Positions 1 through 18,369 of a stretch of 37,407 nt of DNA are shown one piece after another. Each line of letters starts with the position of its first letter. The stretch's first letter is position 1. The notes below the pieces were generated by a model. The model made no database searches. It was not told where the DNA came from and was given only the letters and a program-made list of their open reading frames with translations. Source of the stretch: Macrostomum lignano (taxonomy: Eukaryota); NCBI GenBank assembly GCA_002269645.1, contig NIVC01003446.1:1-37407 (forward strand), given 5' to 3'. A program made the translations under genes and the position numbers.

Positions 1-3000
1 TGTCTGGCAGTATGGGTGTCTGGTAGTGTGGCTGTCTGGCAGTGTGGGTGTCTGGTAGTGTGGGTGTCTGGCAGTGTGGGTGTCTGGTAGTGTGGTGTCT
101 GGCAGTGTGGGTGTCTGGTAGTTGGGTGTCTGGTAGTGTGGCTGTCTGGTAGTGTGAGTTTCTGGTAGTGTGGTGTCTGGCAGTATGGGTGTCTGGTAGT
201 GTGGTGTCTGGTAGTGTTGGTGTCTGGCAGTGTGGGTGTCTGGTAGTGTGGTGTCTGGTAGTGAGGGTGTCTGGTAGTTGGTGTCTGGTAGTGTGGCTGT
301 CTGTAGTGTGGCTTTCTGGCAGTGTGGGTGTCTGGTAGTGTGGGTGTCTGGCAGTGTGGGTGTCTGGTAGTGTGGGTGTCTGGTAGTGTTGGTGTCTGGC
401 AGTATGGGTGTCTGTAGTGTGGGTGTCTAGCAGTGTGGGTGTCTGGTAGTGTGGGTGTCTGGCAGTGTGGGTGTCTGGCAGTATGGGTGTCTGGTAGTGT
501 GGGTGTCTGGTAGTGTTGGTGTCTGGCAGTGTGGGTGTCTGGTAGTGTGGGTGTCTGGTAGTGTGTGTGTCTGGCAGTGTTGGTGTCTGGTAGTGTTGGT
601 GTCTGGTAGTGTTGGTGTCTGGCAGTGTGGGTGTCTGGTAGTGTTGGTGTCTGTAGTGAGGGTGTCTGGTAGTGTTGGTGTCTGTAGTGTGGGTGTCTGG
701 CAGTGTGGGTGTCTGGTAGTGTGGGTGTCTGGTATAGTGTGGGTGTCTGGCAGTGTGGGTGTCTGGTAGTGTTGGTGTCTGGCAGTGTGGGTGTCTGGTA
801 GTGTGGTGTCTGGCAGTGTGGGTGTCTGGTAGTGTGGGTGTCTGGCAGTGTGGGTGTCTGGTAGTGTGGGTGTCTGGTAGTGTGGTGTCTGGCAGTGTTG
901 GTGTCTGGTAGTGTGGGTGTCTGGTAGTGTGAGTGTCTGGTAGTGTTGGTGTCTGGTAGTGTTGGTGTCTGGTAGTGTGGATGTCTGGTAGTGTTGGTGT
1001 CTGGCAGTGTGGTGTCTGGTAGTGTGGGTGTCTGTTAGTGTGGTGCTGCAGTATGGGTGTCTGGTAGTGTGGTGTCTGGCAGTGTGGGTGTCTGGTAGTG
1101 TGGGTGTCTGGCAGTGTGGGTGTCTGGTAGTGTGGGTGTCTGGCAGTGTGGGTGTCTGGTAGTGTTGGTGTCTGGCAGTGTGGGTGTCTGGTAGTGTTGG
1201 TGTCTGGTAGTGTTGGTGTCTGGCAGTGTGGGGTGTGGAGGTGTCTGGTAGTGTGGGTGTCTGGCAGTTTGGTGTCTGGCAGTGTGGGTGTCTGGTAGTG
1301 TTGGTGTCTGGCAGTGTGGGTGTCTGGTAGTGTTGGTGTCTGGTAGTGGGGTGTCTGGTAGTGTTGGTGTCTGGTAGTGTTGGTGTCTGGCAGTGTGGGT
1401 GTCTGGTAGTGTTGGTGTCTGGTAGTGTGGTGTCTGGTAGTGTGGGTGTCTGGTAGTTGGGTGTCTGGCAGTGTGTGTCTGGTAGTGTGGTGTCTGGCAG
1501 TGTGGGTGTCTGGTAGTGTGGTGTCTGGCAGTGTGGGTGTCTAGCAGTGTGGGTGTCTGGTAGTGTTAGTGTCTGGCAGTATGGGTGTCTGGTAGTGTTG
1601 GTGTCTGGTAGTGTTGGTGTCTGGCAGTATGGGTGTCTGGTAGTGTGGTGTCTGGCAGTGTGGTGTCTGGTAGTGTTGGTGTCTGGTAGTGTTGGTGTCT
1701 GGTAGTGTGGTGTCTGGTAGTGTTGGTGTCTGGTAGTGTTGGTGTCTGGCAGTGTGGGTGTCTGGTAGTGTGGGTGTCTGGCAGTATGGGTGTCTGGTAG
1801 TGTTGGTGTCTGGTAGTGTGGGTGTCTGGTAGTGTGGTGTCTGTAGTGTGGGTGTCTGGCAGTGTGGGTGTCTGGTAGTGTGGTGTCTGGCAGTGTGGGT
1901 GTCTGGTAGTGTTGGTGTCTGGTAGTGTTGGTGTCTGGCAGTGTGGGTGTCTGGTAGTGTGTTTTCTGGCAGTATGGGTGTCTGGTAGTGTGGCTGTCTG
2001 GCAGTGTGGGTGTCTGGTAGTGTGGTGTCTGGTATGTTGGTGTCTGGTAGTGCTGGTGTCTGGTAGTGTGGGTGTCTGGCAGTATGGGTGTCTGGTAGTG
2101 TGGGTGTCTGGCAGTATGGGTGTCTGGTAGTGTGGCTGTCTGGCAGTGTGGGCGTCTGGTAGTGTTGGTGTCTGGCAGTGTGGGTGTCTGGTAGTGTGGG
2201 TGTCTGGTAGTGTGGGTGTCTGGTAGTGTGGTGTCTGGTAGTGTTGGTGTCTGGCAGTGTGGGTGTCTGGCAGTGTGGGTGTCTGCAGTGTGGGTGTCTA
2301 GCAGTTGGGTGTCTGGTAGTGTTGGTGTCTGGCAGTATGGGTGTCTGGTAGTGTTGGTGTCTGGTAGTGTTGGTGTCTGGCAGTGTGGGTGTCTGTAGTG
2401 TGGGTGTCTGGCAGTGTGGGTGTCTGGTAGTGTGGGTGTCTGGGTATGTGGTGTCTGGTAGTGTTGGTGTCTGGTAGTGTGGGTGTCTGTTAGTGTGGGT
2501 GTCTGGCAGTATGGGTGTCTGGTAGTGTTGGTGTCTGGTAGTGTGGGTGTCTGGTAGTGTGGGTGTCTGGTAGTGTTGGTGTCTGGTAGTGTTGGTGTCT
2601 GGCAGTGTGGTGTCTGGTAGTGTGGGTCTGGCAGTGTGGGTGTCTGGTAGTGTGGTGTCTGGCAGTGTGGGTGTCTGGTAGTGTGGGTGTCTGGTAGTGG
2701 GTGTCTGGTAGTGTGGTGTCTGGTAGTGTGGGTGTCTGGCAGTATGGGTGTCTGGTAGTGTGGGTGTCTGGCAGTATGGGTGTCTGGTAGTGTGGCTGTC
2801 TGGCAGTGTTGGTGTCTGGTAGTGTGGGTGTCTGGTAGTGTGGTGTCTGGTAGTGGGTGTCTGGCAGTTGGGTGTCTGGTAGTGTGGGTGTCTGGCAGTA
2901 TGGGTGTCTGGTAGTGTTGGTGTCTGGTAGTGTGGGTGTCTGGTAGTGTGGGTGTCTGGCAGTGTGGGTGTCTGGTAGTGTTGGTGTCTGGCAGTGTGGG

Positions 3001-5945
3001 TGTCTGGTAGTGTGGGTGTCTGGTAGTGTGGTGTCTGGTAGTGTTGGTGTCTGGCAGTATGGGTGTCTGGTATGGGTGTCTGGTAGTGTGGGTGTCTGGC
3101 AGTGTGGGTGTCTGGTAGTGTGGTGTCTGGTAGTGTTGGTGTCTGGTAGTGTTGGTGTCTGGTAGTGTAAGTTTTTGGTAGTGTTGGTGTCTGGCAGTAT
3201 GGGTGTCTGGTAGTGTGGGTGTCTGGTAGTGTGGGTGTCTGGTAGTGTGGGTGTCTGGTAGTGTTGGTGTCTGGTAGTGTGGGTGTCTGGTAGTGTTGGT
3301 GTCTGGCAGTATGGGTGTCTGGTAGTGTGGTGTCTGGTAGTGTGGGTGTCTGGTAGTGTGGGTGTCTGGCAGTGTGGGTGTCTGGTAGTGTGGGTGTCTG
3401 GCAGTGTGGGTGTCTGGTAGTGTGGGTGTCTGGTAGTGTTGGTGTCTGGTAGTGTGAGTTTCTGGTAGTGTGGGTGTCTGGCAGTATGGGTGTCTGGTAG
3501 TGTGGGTGTCTGGTAGTGTTGGTGTCTGGCAGTGTGGGTGTCTGGTAGTGTTGGTGTCTGGTAGTGAGGGTGTCTGGTAGTGTTGGTGTCTGGTAGTGTG
3601 GCTGTCTGGTAGTGTGGCTTCTGGCAGTGTGGGTGTCTGGTAGTGTGGTGTCTGGCAGTGTGGGTGTCTGGTAGTGTGGGTGTCTGGTAGTGTTGGTGTC
3701 TGGCAGTATGGGTGTCTGGTAGTGTGGGTGTCTAGCAGTGTGGGTGTCTGGTAGTGTGGGTGTCTGGCAGTGTGGGTGTCTGGCAGTGTCGGTGTCTGGT
3801 AGTGTTGGTGTCTGGTAGTGTTGGTGTCTGGCAGTGTGGGTGTCTGGTAGTGTGGGTGTCTGGTAGTGTGTGTGTCTGGCAGTGTTGGTGTCTGGTAGTG
3901 TTGGTGTCTGGTAGTGTTGGTGTCTGGCAGTGTGGGTGTCTGGTAGTGTTGGTGTCTGGTAGTGAGGGTGTCTGGTAGTGTTGGTGTCTGGTAGTGTGGT
4001 GTCTGGCAGTGTGGTGTCTGGTAGTGTGGGTGTCTGGTAGTGTGGGTGTCTGGCAGTGTGGGTGTCTGGCAGTGTTGGTGTCTGGCAGTATGGGTGTCTG
4101 GTAGTGTGGGTGTCTAGCAGTGTGGGTGTCTGGTAGTGTGGGTGTCTGGCAGTGTGGGTGTCTGGTAGTGTGGGTGTCTGGTAGTGTGGGTGTCTGGCAG
4201 TGTGGGTGTCTGGTAGTGTGGGTGTCTGGTAGTGTGGGTGTCTGGTAGTGTTGGTGTCTGGTAGTGTTGGTGTCTGGTAGTGTTGGTGTCTGGCAGTGTG
4301 GGTGTCTGGTAGTGTGGGTGTCTGTTAGTGTGGGTGTCTGGCAGTATGGGTGTCTGGTAGTGTGGGTGTCTGGCAGTGTGGGTGTCTGGTAGTGTGGGTG
4401 TCTGGCAGTGTGGGTGTCTGGTAGTGTGGGTGTCTGGCAGTGTGGGTGTCTGGTAGTGTTGGTGTCTGGCAGTGTGGGTGTCTGGTAGTGTGGTGTCTGG
4501 TAGTGTTGGTGTCTGGCAGTGTGGGTGTCTGGTAGTGTTGGTGTCTGGCAGTGTTGGTGTCTGGCAGTGTGGGTGTCTGGTAGTGTTGGTGTCTGGCAGT
4601 GTGGGTGTCTGGTAGTGTGGGTGTCTGGCAGTATGGGTGTCTGGTAGTGTTGGTGTCTGGTAGTGTGGTGTCTGGTAGTGTTGGTGACTGGTAGTGTTGG
4701 TGTCTGGTAGTGTGGTGTCTGGTAGTGTTGGTGTCTGGTAGTGTTGGTGTCTGGCAGTGTCGGTGTCTGGTAGTGTTGGTGTCTGGCAGTGTCGGTGTCT
4801 GGCAGTGTGGGTGTCTGGTAGTGTTGGTGTCTGGTAGTGTGGGTGTCTGGCAGTGTGGGTGTCTGTTAGTGTGGGTGTCTGGCAGTATGGGTGTCTGGTA
4901 GTGTGGGTGTCTGGCAGTATGGGTGTCTGGTAGTGTTGGTGTCTGGTAGTGTGGGTGTCTGATAGTGTGGGTGTCTGGCAGTGTGGGTGTCTGGTAGTGT
5001 TGGTGTCTGGCAGTGTGGGTGTCTGGTAGTGTGGGTGTCTGGTAGTGTTGGTGTCTGGTAGTGTTGGTGTCTGGCAGTGTGGGTGTCTGGTAGTGTGGGT
5101 GTCTGTTAGTGTGGGTGTCTGGCAGTATGGGTGTCTGGTAGTGTGGGTGTCTGGCAGTGTGGGTGTCTGGTAGTGTGGGTGTCTGGCAGTGTGGGTGTCT
5201 GGTAGTGTGGGTGTCTGGCAGTGTGGGTGTCTGGTAGTGTTGGTGTCTGGCAGTGTGGGTGTCTGGTAGTGTGGGTGTCTGGTAGTGTTGGTGTCTGGCA
5301 GTGTGGTGTCTGGCAGTGTAGGTGTCTGGTAGTGTGGTGTCTGGTAGTGTGGGTGTCTGTAGTGTGGGTGTCTGGTAATGTGGGTGTCTGGTAGTGTGGG
5401 TGTCTGGAAGTGTGGGTGTCTGGTAGTGTTGGTGTCTGGTAGTGTGGGTGTCTGGTATTGTGGGTGTCTGGTAGTGTTAGTGCCTTGGTAGTGTGGGTGT
5501 CTGGTAGTGTGGGTGTCTGGTAGTGTGGGTGTCTGGTATTGTGGGTGTCTGGTAGTGTTAGTGCCTTGGTAGTGTGCATGCCTTGGTAGTGTGGGTGTCT
5601 GGCAGTGTGGATGCCTTGGTAGTGTGGGTGTCTGGTAGTGTGGGTGTCTGGTAGTGTTAGTGCCTTGGTAGTGTGCATGCCTTGGTAGTGTTGGTGTCTG
5701 GCAGTGTGGATGCCTTGGTAGTGTGGGTGTCTGGTAGTGTTAGTGCCTTGGTAGTGTGCATGCCTTGGTAGTGTGGGTGTCTGGCAGTGTGGATGCCTTG
5801 GTAGTGTGGGTGTCTGGTAGTGTGGGTGTCTGGTAGTGTTAGTGCCTTGGTAGTGTGCATGCCTTGGTAGTGTGGTTGTCTGGCAGTGTGGATGCCTTGG
5901 TAGTGTGGGTGTCTGGCAGTGTGGATGCCTTGGTAGTGTGGGTGT
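1..5945. repeat. Satellite with ~16-bp unit (GGTGTCTGGTAGTGTG and variants), probably inside a PHTF intron
   Basis: Directly visible. The upstream PHTF exon is missing from the window, so an intronic position is inferred. Confidence 0.95.
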
Positions 5946-6017
5946 TTGCAACTGGAAGATTGCATTGCAAATAGACACTTTGCATAAAATAATTGTATAT
6001 TCAATTTTCACCTGCAG

Positions 6018-12470
<6,453 letters not shown>

Positions 12471-12550
12471 ATGGCTGACTCATCACATTGTGCGCTGCAC
12501 CCCGCCGCAGTGGAATTTTATTTTGTCGCATTTATTTTTTATTTAAAACA

Positions 12551-12556
12551 AATAAA
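12551..12556 (+). promoter_or_regulatory. Candidate polyadenylation signal of PHTF
   Basis: AATAAA 80 nt after the stop, followed by T-rich sequence. Confidence 0.5.
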
Positions 12557-12789
12557 GTGTTGCCGAGTAACTCAAGTGATAAAAATCAATGAAAAGCATT
12601 TTGACTTAAAAATACCTTTTTTTATATTGGCTTTTTTTGTGACTAAAATTTGTTTTACTGCTACTTTTGCTAATGTTAGCCTGTTAGTAGTGTGTTGCGC
12701 ACGTAGCTTCTTATAAAATCACGATGGTCATTAAAAGTAAACCTTCCTCTTGCTGATTTAAGCTATCGATTTTCAATCGATTAGACAGA

Positions 12790-15700
12790 TGACTTCTATT
12801 TAGACAGCATTCAATTAGACAGACAGCATTGAATTAGACAGACAGCATTCAATTAGACAGACAGCATTCAATTAGACAGCATTCAATTAGACAGACAGCA
12901 TTCAATTAGACAGCATTCAATTAGACAGACAGCATTCAATTAGACAGACAGCATTCAATTAGACAGACAGCATTCAATTAGACAGACAACATTCAGTTAG
13001 ACAGCATTCAGTTAAACAGACAGCATTCAATTAGACAGACAGCATTCAGTTAGACAGACAGCATTCAATTAGACAGACAGCATTCAATTAGACAGACAGC
13101 ATTCAATTAGACAGACAGCATTCAATTAGACAGACAGCATTCAATTAGACAGACAGCATTGAATTAGACAGACAGCATTCAATTAGACAGCATTCAATTA
13201 GACAGACAGCATTCAATTAGACAGACAACATTCAATTAGACAGACAGCATTCAATTAGACAGACAACATTCAATTAGACAGACAGCATTCAATTAGACAG
13301 ACAGCATTCAGTTAGACAGACAGCATTCAATTAGACAGACAGCATTCAATTAGACAGACAGCATTCAAATAGACAGCATTCAGTTAGACAGACAGCATTC
13401 AGTTAGACAGACAGCATTCAAATAGACAGACAGTATTGAATTAGACAGACAGCATTGAATTAGACAGACAGTATTGAATTAGACAGACAGCATTCAATTA
13501 GACAGACAACATTCAATTAGACAGACAACATTCAATTAGACAGACAGCATTGAATTAGACAGACAGTATTGAATTAGACAGACAGCATTCAATTAGACAG
13601 ACAACATTCAATTAGACAGACAACATTCAATTAGACAGACAGCATTCAATTAGACAGACAGGATTCAGTTAGACAGACAGTATTGAATTAGACAGACAAC
13701 ATTCAATTAGACAGACAGCATTCAATTAGACAGACAGTATTGAATTAGACAGACAGCATTCAATTAGACAGACAGCATTCAATTAGACAGACAGCATTCA
13801 ATTAGACAGACAACATTCAATTAGACAGACAGCATTCAGTTAGACAGACAGCACTCAATTAGACAGACAGTATTGAATTAGACAGACAGCATTCAGTTAG
13901 ACAGACAACATTCAGTTAGACAGACAGCATTCAATTAGACAGACAGCATTCAATTAGACAGACAGCATTCAATTAGACAGACAGCATTCAATTAGACAGA
14001 CAGCATTCAGTTAGACAGACAGCATTCAGTTAGACAGCATTCAATTAGACAGACAGTATTGAATTAGACAGACAACATTCAATTAGACAGACAGCATTCA
14101 GTTAGACAGACAGCATTCAATTAGACAGACAGCATTCAATTAGACAGACAGCATTCAATTAGACAGACAACATTCAATTAGACAGACAGCATTCAATTAG
14201 ACAGACAGTATTGAATTAGACAGACAGCATTCAATTAGACAGACAGTATTGAATTAGACAGACAGCATTCAATTAGACAGACAACATTCAATTAGACAGA
14301 CAGCATTCAGTTAGACAGACAGCATTCAATTAGACAGACAGCATTCAGTTAGACAGACAGCATTCAATTAGACAGACAGCATTCAGTTAGACAGACAGCA
14401 TTCAATTAGACAGACAGCATTCAATTAGACAGACAACATTCAATTAGACAGACAGCATTCAATTAGACAGACAGCATTCAGTTAGACAGACAGCATTCAA
14501 TTAGACAGACAGCATTCAATTAGACAGACAGCATTCAAATAGACAGCATTCAGTTAGACAGACAGCATTCAGTTAGACAGACAGTATTGAATTAGACAGA
14601 CAACATTCAATTAGACAGACAGCATTCAATTAGACAGACAGTATTGAATTAGACAGACAACATTCAATTAGACAGACAGCATTCAATTAGACAGACAGCA
14701 TTCAATTAGACAGACAACATTCAATTAGACAGACAGCATTCAATTAGACAGACAGCATTCAGTTAGACAGACAGCATTCAATTAGACAGACAGTATTGAA
14801 TTAGACAGACAGCATTCAATTAGACAGACAGCATTCAATTAGACAGACAACATTCAATTAGACAGACAGCATTCAATTAGACAGACAGCATTCAATTAGA
14901 CAGACAGCATTCAGTTAGACAGACAGCATTCAATTAGACAGACAGCATTCAGTTAGACAGACAGCATTCAATTAGACAGACAGCATTCAGTTAGACAGAC
15001 AGCATTCAGTTAGACAGACAGCATTCAATTAGACAGACAGCATTCAGTTAGACAGACAGTATTCAATTAGACAGACAGCATTCAATTAGACAGACAGCAT
15101 TCAATTAGACAGACAGCATTCAATTAGACAGACAACATTCAATTAGACAGACAGCATTCAATTAGACAGACAGCATTCAATTAGACAGACAACATTCAAT
15201 TAGACAGACAGCATTCAATTAGACAGACAACATTCAATTAGACAGACAGCATTCAATTAGACAGACAGTATTGAATTAGACAGACAGCATTCAATTAGAC
15301 AGACAGCATTCAATTAGACAGACAGCATTCAGTTAGACAGACAGCATTCAATTAGACAGACAGCATTCAATTAGACAGACAGCATTCAGTTAGACAGACA
15401 GTATTGAATTAGACAGACAGCATTCAGTTAGACAGACAGCATTCAATTAGACAGACAGCATTCAATTAGACAGACAGCATTCAATTAGACAGACAACATT
15501 CAATTAGACAGACAGCATTCAATTAGACAGACAGCATTCAGTTAGACAGACAGCATTCAATTAGACAGACAGCATTCAATTAGACAGACAGCATTCAGTT
15601 AGACAGCATTCAGTTAGACAGACAGCATTCAATTAGACAGACAGCATTCAGTTAGACAGACAGCATTCAATTAGACAGACAGCATTCAGTTAGACAGACA

Positions 15701-16165
15701 GCATTCAATTAGACAGACAGCATTCAGTTAGACAGACAGCATTCAGTTAGACAGACAGCATTCAATTAGACAGACAGCATTCAGTTAGACAGACAGTATT
15801 CAATTAGACAGACAGCATTCAATTAGACAGACAGCATTCAATTAGACAGACAGCATTCAATTAGACAGACAACATTCAATTAGACAGACAGCATTCAATT
15901 AGACAGACAGCATTCAATTAGACAGACAACATTCAATTAGACAGACAGCATTCAATTAGACAGACAGCATTCAGTTAGACAGACAGCATTCAATTAGACA
16001 GACAGTATTGAATTAGACAGACAGCATTCAATTAGACAGACAGCATTCAATTAGACAGACAGCATTCAGTTAGACAGCATTCAGTTAGACAGACAGCATT
16101 CAATTAGACAGACAGCATTCAGTTAGACAGACAGCATTCAATTAGACAGACAGCATTCAGTTAGA
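12790..16165. repeat. 19-bp satellite (CAGCATTCAATTAGACAGA)n between PHTF and DGAT2/MOGAT
   Basis: Directly visible. Occasional 15-bp units lack one GACA. Confidence 0.96.
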
Positions 16166-16702
16166 CGGCATTCAATGGACGATCAAAATATCACTCGCCA
16201 TTGGATGAGGGTTTCTGAATTTGAACTCTGATTTGCTGGTGGCTGAGTCGAACGTTTTCACTCGATGCTCACTCCATGCTCTCCAAATGCTGCTCAGATG
16301 CAGGCACTACGCAAACTTTTGACTGCATCTGGTTTCTTGGCGAGCCCAGACGCCAAATCAAAAAGTACAAGCGCCTTGACTCGGTCAAGAATTGGATAAG
16401 CCAGCCAACTCTGATTTAATCAATTCTGCAATTTCATGCCTTCAAACCTCTCCTGTGACCGGGACAGATTTGAGTCAGAGAGAAAAACAAAGAAAGCTTA
16501 TCTGTGTCTGCTATCTGTTGCCGAGTGGTCACGCTGGACGGTGGCGGGCCTGCTTGAGTTTGAATGGACCTTTGAACTGCACACTCGGGCTGGCATGCTT
16601 GATAAGCGCTCTCGGCGGGGTTGAGGCAAGAAAGCAGATCGCAGACAGGTTTTTCAGCGAGCGAGAAAAACTCTTGTTGCAGATCAAATCCCGAGATCAG
16701 CC

Positions 16703-18369
16703 ATGTCTAATGGGTTCGGTTTGTCCACCGCGGCCGCCGCGGATCTCAAAGCTCCACTGCCGCTGAATGCCGACGCCGAAGTCGGGTTTGAGGAGGCGCA
16801 GCAGTCGGCGTCGCCGAATGTCGATATCGGAGCTGGCGACATGTCGGCCCAGCTGGAAGTGAAGCTGGGCAGCGGCGACCGGGCTGATGAGCGTGTGGAG
16901 CCAGCGTCTAATGGGAGTCTGCGAGAGTCCGGTGATGAAGCTAAGGTTCAGGATGCTGGGGAGAAACCTCAAGGTCAGACTCCTAAAGCTACTGAGCAGC
17001 CTAAAGGTCAAACTACTGGAGCAAATGAGAAGCCTGAAGGTCAGACTCCTGAAGCTAATGAGAAGCCTGAAGGTCAGACTCCTGAAGCTAATGAGAAGCC
17101 TGAAGATCAGACACCTGAAGCTAATGAGAAGCCTGAAGGTCAGACTACTGAAGCTAATGAGAAGCCTGAAGGTCAGACTTCTGAAGCTAATGACAGGCCT
17201 GAAGGTCAGACTCCTGAAGCTAATGAGAAGCCTGAAGGTCATATTCCTGAAGCTACTGAGCAGCCTGAAGGTCAGACTACTGAAGCAAATGAGAAGCCTG
17301 AAGGTCAGACTCCTGAAGCTAATGAGAAGCCTGAAGGTCAGACTCCTGAAGCTAATGAGAAGCCTGAAGGTCAGACTCCTGAAGCTAATGAGAAGCCTGA
17401 AAGTCAGACACCTGAAGCTAATGAGAAGCCTGAAGGTCAGACACCTGAAGCTAATGAGAAGCCTGAAGGTCAGACTCCTGAAGCTAATGAGAAGCCTGAA
17501 GGTCAGACTCCTGAAGCTAATGAGAAGCCTGAAGGTCAGACACCTGAGCCGTCAGAGAAGCCTGAACCTCAATCAAAGCCTGAACCCCAGACTCCTGAGC
17601 CGTCAGAGAGGCCTGAACCTGAATCGAAGCCTGAAACCCAGACTCCCAAGGCTTCCCAAGAGACGCATACCCAAGCTGAACCGTCAGCTTCCAAAAGAGC
17701 AGAGAACAGAAGCAGAAATCCGGACCAAAGGAAGAGCAGCGAAGGTGAACCGGCCGAGAGCCAACGCGGCTTCAGAATCTTCGGCATCGAATTCGCGCCG
17801 CTCAATACGCCGATGCGCCGACGCCTGCAGACTCTGGCGGTGCTGCAGTGGCTGCTGTCCATCACCGTGATGCCCATCATCTGCGTGCTGTTCATCATGA
17901 TGACCCTGCTGACCCCGCTGGCTCCGCTGTCTCTGGCCTATGTCGCTTGGATATTTTTCTTCGACCGCAACACGTCGCAGCGCGGCGGCCGGCGCCTCGA
18001 GCGCGTGCGCCGCTGGTCGCTGTGGCGCCACTACCGGGATTATTTTCCCATCCGGCTGGTGAAGTCCGCCGACCTGGACCCCGCGCACAACTACCTGATC
18101 GGCTACCATCCGCACGGCATCATCAGCTGCGGCGCCTTCTGCAACTTCGGCACCGAGGCCACCGGCTTCAGCGCCAAGTTCCCCGGCATCAAGCCGTACC
18201 TGCTGACCCTACGGATAAACTTCTTCTGGCCGCTGCTGCGCGGCTACTTCATGTCTGTGGGCGTGTGCGACGTCAGCAGGAGCAGCCTGCGCTGGATTCT
18301 CGGCCGCGAGGGCGGCGGCAATGCCGCTATAGTCGTGGTCGGAGGGGCTCAGGAGGCTCTGGATGCCAG
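16703..18369 (+). CDS. DGAT2/MOGAT: DGAT2/MOGAT exon 1
   Basis: ORF 16703-18373, donor ag|gtgaat. The start codon is less certain than the catalytic core. Confidence 0.85.

Noticed and set aside
449-6011. Many ORFs of 60-301 aa (VWVSGSVG..., HPHYQ...)
   Set aside because: They are translations of the 16-bp satellite. The unit is not a multiple of 3, so the same peptide cycles through all frames.
16697-17870. Antisense and alternative-frame ORFs over the coding repeat ([22 protein letters not shown])
   Set aside because: Shadows of the 33-bp repeat. Only the 16703 frame joins the acyltransferase domain.
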